A stretch of 64,000 nt of DNA from a virus. Numbering within the stretch: position 1 is the stretch's first letter; each line of letters starts with the position of its first letter. Below are positions 33,342-41,200 of this stretch, in pieces. The position numbers were made by a program, and so were the translations under genes. The notes under the pieces were generated by a model. It searched no databases and had not been told where the DNA came from. It saw only the letters and a list, made by a program, of their open reading frames with translations. Location: positions 32,152 to 96,151 of IMG/VR virus record IMGVR_UViG_3300047509_000037. The stretch is one strand, 5' to 3'.

Positions 33342-34964
33342 CTAGGCGTGCCACTTCCCGTTCTTCATCGTCACGATGGCTCGTTGCCCGTTAGGGTAGA
33401 GCACCACGTGCGAATGACTCCACGAACTCGGACCCGTCGTGTAATCCCAGCCCGTTGTCAGCTTCGACGACGTGCCAGCGACGTACAGCCCGTGATAGAT
33501 TCCGGCTGAGTGGGTGTGCGCCGTCGTTGCCTTCTTCCCAATCTTTGCGAGAGTCGCGGGGTTACCGAAACTGCCGTTGGGTCCAAGGTGACCGTGCATA
33601 CCGCATTCAACTTCAGCAATCTCGAAGGGGTCATCGGGGAGCAGGAATTGAACCGCGCCCGCTTTCAGACCAGCCTCGTTCTCCATGACATAGCGAGTGA
33701 GATTGATGTTCTTCACCATCTTCATCTGGCGCAACTCGTGGAACATGAAAGTCTGCATACGCAGGAAGATTTCAGTGTTCGGCGGGTCCACCCGATAGTC
33801 GTACTCTTGCAGCCAAGCCTTCAACCACGAGCGGTCGTGATTGGCGTCAGGCACGACGGTCTTGCACCACGGTCGGAGATAACGCTCCAGCACCGTGCGG
33901 GTCTGCTTGAACTCCTCCTCCACGCGGTGAAGCCCACGGAGCCACACGGTGAACTTCTCGTGAATGGCTTTGTGCTTCCGGTTGTGGCGGTTGAACCCAG
34001 CACCCTCAAACAAATCGTGGATGAATTGCGCCGACGGCTTGAGCGTGTCGAGCATCCCCTGAGACGCTTCGACTACTTCAGGCTGCGATGCCGTTGCGTG
34101 CAAATCGCCCCACGTAATCGCGGCGACCTTAGCGTCGGTTGATGTAATCTCCCCGCCCTGTGCCACGACTTGCAAATCTTGAATCGTGCGACCGTTCTTA
34201 CGAGCCGCAACTTGACGTACCCACCAATTGCCTTCGCTGTCCACTTCCACGAGAAGGAACGCATAGCGGTGGTGATGCTCCGCTTTGATGCCCAGCTTCT
34301 TCTGGAGATAGTTCATCAACGTCACAGCGCCCGTCGTGTAAATCATCTTCGTCGGGACATCGGGCGTTGTGGCAATCGAACGCATCTCAATCTTCGTGTG
34401 CGGGAAGACGATGCTGTCTGCGCCGCCGTAAGTCTCCAATCCCGCGATAGGATTATCTTCGGTCGGCAGAATGTTCATGTTACCGCACCAGAGGAGTCCC
34501 GGCGCGAGTTGTACCTTCTCATCGCTGATGAAGGGCACGATAGCTGGGTCGAACCACAACGTGTGGTCGTAGGCTTTCTTCGTCCCACGCTTCACCGCCA
34601 GCTTGCCGTAGTTGTTCTGATTGTACGAGAACGTTCCTACGAGAATCTGGGCGTCGTAATGCTTCGCCATCGCTTGCACGTTGTCCCAGAAAGATTTGTG
34701 GACGTGCGTGTTGTTCTGAGCCGAGGTCAGGATGTACCGTTTGATTTTCCCTGTCGCCGGAAGACTGGTCTCTGTCGGAGCCGCGTGGCGCTTGCCGCCA
34801 GCAAGGGGCTTCTTCCCCATGCCGACCGCTGCGAGGTTGCGCCGGATTGAACTGCGAGACATGCCGAGTTCTTTTGCTACGGCAGTGATGTTTCCGCTGT
34901 ACTTGTTGAACAAAGCGACCACTGTCGCACGCTGCTTCGTGAGTGCCTCTGAAGTCTTACCCAT
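33342..34964 (-). CDS. HTH plus metallophosphoesterase-fold nuclease (T5 A1-like)
   Basis: N-terminal HTH; ILTSAQNNT; GDLH, HD.F, NHD, HGHLGPNG, HTHS. Confidence 0.7.
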   Translation of the reverse strand: MGKTSEALTKQRATVVALFNKYSGNITAVAKELGMSRSSIRRNLAAVGMGKKPLAGGKRHAAPTETSLPATGKIKRYILTSAQNNTHVHKSFWDNVQAMAKHYDAQILVGTFSYNQNNYGKLAVKRGTKKAYDHTLWFDPAIVPFISDEKVQLAPGLLWCGNMNILPTEDNPIAGLETYGGADSIVFPHTKIEMRSIATTPDVPTKMIYTTGAVTLMNYLQKKLGIKAEHHHRYAFLLVEVDSEGNWWVRQVAARKNGRTIQDLQVVAQGGEITSTDAKVAAITWGDLHATASQPEVVEASQGMLDTLKPSAQFIHDLFEGAGFNRHNRKHKAIHEKFTVWLRGLHRVEEEFKQTRTVLERYLRPWCKTVVPDANHDRSWLKAWLQEYDYRVDPPNTEIFLRMQTFMFHELRQMKMVKNINLTRYVMENEAGLKAGAVQFLLPDDPFEIAEVECGMHGHLGPNGSFGNPATLAKIGKKATTAHTHSAGIYHGLYVAGTSSKLTTGWDYTTGPSSWSHSHVVLYPNGQRAIVTMKNGKWHA

Positions 34965-34976
34965 TGTGCTCCTCTC

Positions 34977-35279
34977 CTAGATTTCCACTGTCGTGTCGGA
35001 GTCCCCGGTCATGTGTTGCGCCATGCGACCGATGTTCTTATCCATCGTGATGATGGACCGCTCCATGTGCGGAAAGTGGTTTGTTGCCATTGTGTCGATT
35101 TGCCCGACGGTCTTGGTGACCTGAGCCTGCGCCTGACTGGAGAATTTGCCAGCCTGCCATACAAGCCAGATGACCGTCCCCCAGCCGACGAGATGAATGT
35201 GTTGTGAAGCCCACTCGAAGGGGCTATTTCCCGCTGTCTGTTGCGCCGCTTGCGCCGCTTGCACCAGAAGATGAATCAT
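34977..35279 (-). CDS. single-TM lysis-cassette protein (holin/antiholin-like)
   Basis: One TM; next to holin. Confidence 0.5.
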   Translation of the reverse strand: MIHLLVQAAQAAQQTAGNSPFEWASQHIHLVGWGTVIWLVWQAGKFSSQAQAQVTKTVGQIDTMATNHFPHMERSIITMDKNIGRMAQHMTGDSDTTVEI

Positions 35280-35481
35280 CGGAAGTTCCTTTTACTTTGC
35301 CCCACATCTGAGCGCCGCCGTGAGCCGCGAGAAACCCGTACATTGCGTACAGGGAGTTCACGTAGTTCGGACCAAGGTCTGCATGTGTCTTGACGTGAAC
35401 GACTGTAGTCACGATGAAGACGATGATGGCGATTGGGATATGTGCGTAAGTCTGCAATTTCTCTAGCACGTTAGTCCACAT
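35224..35481 (-). CDS. putative holin
   Basis: Two hydrophobic segments, 85 aa, follows hydrolase-like gene. Confidence 0.55.
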   Translation of the reverse strand: MWTNVLEKLQTYAHIPIAIIVFIVTTVVHVKTHADLGPNYVNSLYAMYGFLAAHGGAQMWGKVKGTSDDSSSGASGASGATDSGK

Positions 35482-35492
35482 TTCTCCCCTCC

Positions 35493-35936
35493 CTAACGCC
35501 AGAAATTAAGACCGCCCATGTTGGCGATGCGGTCGTGGTTCTCTGGAGACCGGACGATTTTTTCGAGGAACCATTCGCGTTCTACGCGGGCGAGGTCCGC
35601 CCAATAGAGTCCGCCTGATTTCCCTTGCGCTCTATCCAGTGCGCTGAGTGTAAGGTCTGAGACCGAGCCGTCGTAGATTCCATCGACGGCGTGCAACAGT
35701 TTGATGAATGCAGGTTCCCACACCGACGGATGCGTCAGCGGCGGGAGTTCGTTCTCTGCCATGAATTGCGGGATGTTATCTATAACTTGTAGCCAACTGC
35801 CCCAGCCCTGCCGCACACGATTGGCGAGTGCTTGCATGACCATCTGTCCTGCGATGTGCCCGCCCGAATAGGACTGACCGAACCGCCAGCCAGCCTGCAC
35901 CAATTGAGCCTTAATAAAATCATCCTGCTTGAGCAC
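35493..35936 (-). CDS. cell-wall hydrolase (SleB/Hydrolase_2)-like protein, divergent
   Basis: G..VMQALANRVRQGW..., D.T..GGLYW; canonical Glu not evident. Confidence 0.5.
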   Translation of the reverse strand: MLKQDDFIKAQLVQAGWRFGQSYSGGHIAGQMVMQALANRVRQGWGSWLQVIDNIPQFMAENELPPLTHPSVWEPAFIKLLHAVDGIYDGSVSDLTLSALDRAQGKSGGLYWADLARVEREWFLEKIVRSPENHDRIANMGGLNFWR

Positions 35937-36369
35937 TTCGCCGCCTATCCCACCATGCTTGGATAGCAACACTGCGTTTGGCAATTTCTTCCGGGGATTG
36001 TTTACCCTTCGGACGACCTTTACCAATTGCTTTCTTGTTGCCTCTATGGATGGTGCTCAGAAACCGTCGATGTTCTTCGGTTCGTTTGTATCTCCCGTTC
36101 TCAGCCGCACTACCGCCAAGCCCTCCGTCTGCGTGGTTCCGCAGACATCCGGTGCTGCGGTCGATTCTACCATAGAAGTCTACGAGAAACTTCTCTGCGT
36201 CAAAGGCTTCCTGCTCATCCGCGTATTCCTGCACGATGATTCGACTCCGTGACACGGGACGATGCACGGAATGTTGAACTCGGAGGTATGCCCTTCCGCC
36301 CGTGCCTTTGCCGACATAGTACGGCGTCCCGTCTTCCCTCAACCAGAGATAGACGTAAAACTTGAGCAT
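35920..36369 (-). CDS. GIY-YIG homing endonuclease with NUMOD3 repeats
   Basis: FYVY..PYYVGKG..R..E..LRN..DGG; RTEEHRR, QSPEEIAKRS. Confidence 0.85.
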   Translation of the reverse strand: MLKFYVYLWLREDGTPYYVGKGTGGRAYLRVQHSVHRPVSRSRIIVQEYADEQEAFDAEKFLVDFYGRIDRSTGCLRNHADGGLGGSAAENGRYKRTEEHRRFLSTIHRGNKKAIGKGRPKGKQSPEEIAKRSVAIQAWWDRRRSAQAG

Positions 36370-36385
36370 AGACCCTTCCATAAAC

Positions 36386-36428
36386 AGAGTAGCACGAAGG
36401 TGTGGTTACTGTCAACACCTTCGTGCTA
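36386..36428 (-). promoter_or_regulatory. perfect 14-bp inverted repeat overlapping a sigma70 promoter
   Basis: TAGCACGAAGGTGT/ACACCTTCGTGCTA; TTGACA-N18-TACTCT on minus strand. Confidence 0.6.
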
Positions 36429-36454
36429 GTTACTTTGGTTTCGCTGGTTGTTCG

Positions 36455-36655
36455 CTACTTGGTGTCTACATCTGGCGGATTCTGAAGGGCTTCCACTTCC
36501 CGTTGAAATTCCTCAGGGAGTTGGGCGATGTCTTCCGCGTCGAGAGCCTTCGGCGCGGGCGGCTTGCCCATGAATGCCCAATGCAGGTAGTTGTTCAGCG
36601 TCATCGGGACTTTCGCCCGAATCATCGCCGCCTGTACTGCGTCCTGTTTCGCCAT
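36455..36655 (-). CDS. small protein downstream of polyvalent protein
   Basis: GGAGG RBS; PMTLNNYL..AFMG.PP..LDAE..AQLPEEFQ. Confidence 0.7.
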   Translation of the reverse strand: MAKQDAVQAAMIRAKVPMTLNNYLHWAFMGKPPAPKALDAEDIAQLPEEFQREVEALQNPPDVDTK

Positions 36656-36776
36656 GTGTTTGTGCCTCCAAGCACGTTCCTAGATGCAGAGTCGCCCGAC
36701 CTGACCGAATCCGAACACCGCACTCGGCACAGAAGGGCTCAACGAATCTGGAATCGAACCGCGTCTTCATGCTCAA

Positions 36777-36806
36777 AGCGTATCAGAAAGGGGCTGATGT
36801 TGTCAA
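36777..36806 (-). promoter_or_regulatory. sigma70-type promoter
   Basis: TTGACA-N18-TACGCT with TGn extension, immediately after stop of the 1457-aa gene. Confidence 0.55.
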
Positions 36807-36809
36807 CCC

Positions 36810-39800
36810 CTATTCCTTGACTTTGACTATGTTCGACAGGGCATCGGTCACCTTCGAGCCTGTTGGGAAGTCCAGCGATTGATGATTCTTACCGTCCACA
36901 GTTTCGAGAACGATGCGACCATTTCGTAGTTTCCCTGCCGCTGCACGAATCTGACGTGCTTGGCTTTCAGTGATTTGTTTCGGTAGCGAGAAGACTTGCT
37001 CCTCGCCCGCACGTGACATGCGATAACGGCTACGGATGACGCCTGTGTCTTTGATGAACTGCTCACGCGTATTCTCGGTAGTTTTGCCGCCGAGCATGTG
37101 GTCGTGTTCACCAACGAGCGGAATCATGTCGCCTTCAGGTAGGATGAATCCTGCCTTCAGAACGTCTCCAGTCGTTCCATACTTCTGCTTGAGTGCGTCC
37201 GTCACTGAGCCTTCGCCAGTGCCGCCCGTTTGGATTTCGCCTTCGCCGCCGAGATGATAGACCGCCTTTTGATTGGCAGCTTTACCAGCTTTGATAGCGT
37301 CCGCACGTTTGTCATAAATCCTAGCGACATCTAACGTGTGTGCCCCCGTATCGGGGTCTTTCCACGTGCCAACAGCATGTCCGGGTTTGTTAAGAACGTC
37401 GGAGTTGATGTCTTTGAAGGCATCTATGTGGTCGGGAGTTAGTTTGCCTTTGACTTGCTGGGTTCTTTCAGGATAAGAGCCGACTGAGTATTTGTTGGCT
37501 CCCGCGAGATTGTTTCCCTGCATGTCGAAAGTCGAACCGCCCTTTTCGTTGTGCGCCGCGACCTGTTCCTCGTTCGAGAAATCCGTCGGATTGAAAGACG
37601 TGCTTTCATCTTTCAACTCACGCGTAGGTGCTTTTGTCTCAGGTAATTCATCCCCACCCATCCACGGCGGTCGAGTGAAACCCTTCGCCGCTTTCACAAT
37701 CTCTGCACGTGCTTGGTCGAGTGTCAAGTCGCCCGCCATGTGCTGGGACCAGATGCCCGTCACTGCCTTGCGGAGTTCGGGAGTCCTTTTCTCGTCGCCC
37801 ATGAGAGCCTTAACGCCTTCCCATGTTATAGATTGCAGTTCACGCGGCAAGATACCGATGCGTTTCGCTGCGTCGATATAGGCTGCGTGGTGAAGCGAGT
37901 ACATCCCCTTCTGACCCGTGGCTTTGTTCGCCGGGGCACCACCGAAGACGCCCTTGATTTCTGCGTCGTCACTACCACGAGGGATTAGCATGTCTGCGTT
38001 AGCAGCGTGCGTGTCAATCGTTGCGTGACCTTCCGGTGAGTTCGGAGAGATGATGTTGTTGTAGAAGTTCCGAATCTTGTGACCGTCACCGATGACATCG
38101 TGGATGGCGGCAGGAGTGCCGTCGCCCTTGAGCATCTCCAAGGCTTTCGCCATTGGTGCGGGCATTCCCCACTGCATGTTGAGATGTCCGCGAACGTCGC
38201 CGTTCGGAGCATACAACTCAGTTTGAGGAGCGCCGTGTGCTTGGTCTAGGATTCGCATCCACAACGCTTGCGAGAAGTTCGTCGCGTCTGGGTTCTCAGG
38301 GTCGTTGAGTTCGTCGAACGTCTTGCCACGAAGTTTGTCGAGTTCAGCGCGGAAGTCTGGTTTGATTCCCTTGCCGTTACGAATCTTCGATAGCGTGGTG
38401 TCCATCTCAGGTGACCACTCGTGACCGCGTTGGTTGACGTACATGTCAATCATACGCTTCGCCTGACCCGCGTTCACGTCCCATGCGTTCTGCGGAGAGA
38501 GCGCCGCGATAACTCCTGCGACTTTCTCTTTCGGTACGCCGTACTGGTCTGCCCACTTGATTGCCATCTGGTGAGCAGAGTCATACCAGAGTTTCGAGAT
38601 TTCACGAATCTCCGGCGGAATTTGATTGTGCAACCATTCAAGGTTGCCCGACCATCGGTCAACAACTTTCTGGAGACCCTGACGAGGATTCGCCAAGTCT
38701 TCAGGAGTCAGGTTGATTCCCAACTCAGGATACTTGTTGACTTCATCAAGCAGCTTTGCCATGTGTCCCGGCTTCAGCTTCTCAGCTTCTTCGATTGCAT
38801 CCCAGCCCGTCTTGTGTTCGGTTGGGTTGTTCTCGCCTGCGGGACGTGTGGAGATTTCACTGTCTGGGTTGTGCCCAGCGGTGACGCTGCCTTCCGGTTC
38901 GGCTTGCTTGGGGATGAAGTGCTCGACACCGCCGCCTTGTTCAGTCGGGTTGCCATCGCTATCCATCACCGGAGCGTGTTGCACATCATAGCCGCGCCGT
39001 TCGAGTTTGTTCCAGTGCCCTTCGTTCTCAGGAGAGCGGAGGTCTGGGTGGTCGGAGACGATTCGACTGTACGCGTCGGTCTTGTTCATCCGAGCGACAG
39101 CTTCGTCCATCATCTGTTGTCCAGCGCCGGGAGCATCGACTGCGGAGATGCCCGTTTGCCGGAGTTGTTTCTTGCCTTCAAACCCCGGACGCGTGTCCGC
39201 TTCAGGCTTGAGAATCATCTGGCTCGTGCCGTTCGGGTGGTCGAACTGCCATGCGCCGTCTTCACGTCGCGTGACCTTCATATCACCCGGATTGCCGCCA
39301 AGCCGCTTGACTGGCTCATTGATGTTGCGACCGACAGCGCCCTTCTCACTCGAAAGCGGAGACGCCTTGTAAGCATCGTAAGCCTTCTGGAGATAGCCCT
39401 TAAATCGTTCGGACACCGAGAGCGCCTGTGGGTTCTGGAGCGCCGCGTTGATTTCCTTTGCCGCTGGTTCGGAAGTCATGGCGTCACCGAGGAACCGAGT
39501 CATCGCCGTGGTGAGAACGTGCTCACCAACGGTCTTGCCCAGCATTGCCTCTGCGATTGCGCCGATGCCGCCGTGTCCCGCTGCGATGAACGGGATTGCC
39601 TTCGCTGCGAATTTCGCGAGCGTTCCGAACTCTGGGGAGACCTGTTGGTCTTTCAGAGTCTTGGCGAGTTCAGCCAACGTGTCGATGTGCTCTGGAGTGA
39701 AGCCAGCTTTCACAAACTGGTTCTTCTCATCAGGCATCCGGCGCAAACGGTCAATCTGTTTCGCCAGCTTGTTGCCATCGACTTGATAGCCGCCTTCCTC

Positions 39801-41183
39801 ACCCGGACCTGTCGCGCTGTCGAATGCCGTAGCAATCTTTTCCAGTGCGATAGCCTTGCGGTAGTTGCCCTTCATGGAGTCAACATCAAGACCAGCCTTA
39901 GCGAGTTCGTCGCGGTGCTTGTCGATGATTTCATCCTGAAGCGCGAGGGCTTCCTTATATTTCTGACGACCCTCAGTCGTGAAATCGTTCCGAGAGTTGT
40001 CTGCCATGTCTTGTGCGTCACTGAACGCGTTGTTGCTGACACGGTCGAGTTCCTTCATTGCGGGCACAGATTGCTCACGCATGTCGCGTGCGTGCGAACG
40101 AATGCCAAGACGGTCTTGGTCGTTGATGGTGGTCTCTGCGCGAGAGCCGACAGCTTTACCTGTGGTCTCTCCGACTGCTTGCTTGACCGCGCCTTCTGTG
40201 TTGCGTGCCGCTTCCTCGTGAACTGAGGGGTCCACTGCTTTCTGGGCTGCGTTTGCGAGTACGCCATTGCCCTCTGCGCGAACTGGAATCTGGTTGCCGT
40301 CCACGTCTTTCATCACGGGACGAACCCTCTCTTGAAGTTTCGCGCCACGTTGTGACAAGTCCTTCGCGCCCGCTGCGCCAGCTAGTGCAGCTTGACCGAG
40401 ACCGCCGAGCATCTCCTGAGTGTTCTCTGGAGTAGCGCCGTTCTCAATCATGTCCATGCCGCCGTGAGCGCCTTGGTACAGACCTTGAAGACCGAACGCA
40501 GTGCCGACGAGTGGTGACGCGACCTTGGCAATCTTACCGACCGCCTTCGCGCCTTGGACTTCCTCAGAGCCGAGTCCGAGAGTTCCGAGCGAGAGTGGGC
40601 TGGTGAATCCTGCCGCAGTGCTGGAGGTATCCGCCGCCGAACCGTTGATGAACGTGTTGACAGCCGAAGCCGCCGCCGCGTGATGGGTAAGAAATTCGCG
40701 GATTTTGTTCTTCTGGATTTTTCCGCTCTTGTCCTTTGTGAGTTCGCTTCCCGGCAAGAAGTGGTCATTCGCCTTCGTCTCGAAGTCGTTGACGCCGGGG
40801 AGATACATTTCCTGATACATCTTCTCGAACGCAGCGGCTTTGATGATGTCGCTGGTCTTCATGCCTTCAGGCAGAATGTTGTCGAAGATAGGTTGGTTGA
40901 CCCAATCCCACGCACGACGGAGCAGACCATGCTTCGCCAGTTCTTGCTTCTGCGCCAGTTCTTTCTGGGCATCAGACTGAGCCATCCCAGCTTTTGCGCC
41001 GGGAGTAAATGCGGGAGGAGCCGTGCTCACCACAGCGGAATCGACCATGTTGTCGAGTCCGCTCTTGAGACGGTCGCTGTCTGATTGCTGAGGCAGCGGT
41101 TGTTGAGTGGGTGGTTGTGAGGGAGCCGCTGGTTGAGTCGGCTGGGCTGGCTGTTTCGCCATCTGGTCTACCATGCTATCCAT
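36810..41183 (-). CDS. large polyvalent ejection protein (GNAT-like and HhH-GPD glycosylase-like domains)
   Basis: Last of the ejectosome block; GISAVDAPGAGQQMM..IVSD..SPEN..W; WY..A..AGVIAALSP..W..GHKIRNFYNNI..TIDTHA..LQSITW. Confidence 0.7.
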   Translation of the reverse strand: MDSMVDQMAKQPAQPTQPAAPSQPPTQQPLPQQSDSDRLKSGLDNMVDSAVVSTAPPAFTPGAKAGMAQSDAQKELAQKQELAKHGLLRRAWDWVNQPIFDNILPEGMKTSDIIKAAAFEKMYQEMYLPGVNDFETKANDHFLPGSELTKDKSGKIQKNKIREFLTHHAAAASAVNTFINGSAADTSSTAAGFTSPLSLGTLGLGSEEVQGAKAVGKIAKVASPLVGTAFGLQGLYQGAHGGMDMIENGATPENTQEMLGGLGQAALAGAAGAKDLSQRGAKLQERVRPVMKDVDGNQIPVRAEGNGVLANAAQKAVDPSVHEEAARNTEGAVKQAVGETTGKAVGSRAETTINDQDRLGIRSHARDMREQSVPAMKELDRVSNNAFSDAQDMADNSRNDFTTEGRQKYKEALALQDEIIDKHRDELAKAGLDVDSMKGNYRKAIALEKIATAFDSATGPGEEGGYQVDGNKLAKQIDRLRRMPDEKNQFVKAGFTPEHIDTLAELAKTLKDQQVSPEFGTLAKFAAKAIPFIAAGHGGIGAIAEAMLGKTVGEHVLTTAMTRFLGDAMTSEPAAKEINAALQNPQALSVSERFKGYLQKAYDAYKASPLSSEKGAVGRNINEPVKRLGGNPGDMKVTRREDGAWQFDHPNGTSQMILKPEADTRPGFEGKKQLRQTGISAVDAPGAGQQMMDEAVARMNKTDAYSRIVSDHPDLRSPENEGHWNKLERRGYDVQHAPVMDSDGNPTEQGGGVEHFIPKQAEPEGSVTAGHNPDSEISTRPAGENNPTEHKTGWDAIEEAEKLKPGHMAKLLDEVNKYPELGINLTPEDLANPRQGLQKVVDRWSGNLEWLHNQIPPEIREISKLWYDSAHQMAIKWADQYGVPKEKVAGVIAALSPQNAWDVNAGQAKRMIDMYVNQRGHEWSPEMDTTLSKIRNGKGIKPDFRAELDKLRGKTFDELNDPENPDATNFSQALWMRILDQAHGAPQTELYAPNGDVRGHLNMQWGMPAPMAKALEMLKGDGTPAAIHDVIGDGHKIRNFYNNIISPNSPEGHATIDTHAANADMLIPRGSDDAEIKGVFGGAPANKATGQKGMYSLHHAAYIDAAKRIGILPRELQSITWEGVKALMGDEKRTPELRKAVTGIWSQHMAGDLTLDQARAEIVKAAKGFTRPPWMGGDELPETKAPTRELKDESTSFNPTDFSNEEQVAAHNEKGGSTFDMQGNNLAGANKYSVGSYPERTQQVKGKLTPDHIDAFKDINSDVLNKPGHAVGTWKDPDTGAHTLDVARIYDKRADAIKAGKAANQKAVYHLGGEGEIQTGGTGEGSVTDALKQKYGTTGDVLKAGFILPEGDMIPLVGEHDHMLGGKTTENTREQFIKDTGVIRSRYRMSRAGEEQVFSLPKQITESQARQIRAAAGKLRNGRIVLETVDGKNHQSLDFPTGSKVTDALSNIVKVKE

Positions 41184-41200
41184 GCGTTACTCCCTTTCAG

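Noticed and set aside
36513-36770. Leaderless ORF MKTRFDSRF... after the 36806 promoter
   Set aside because: Overlaps most of the better-supported 36455-36655 gene; cannot be supported from sequence alone
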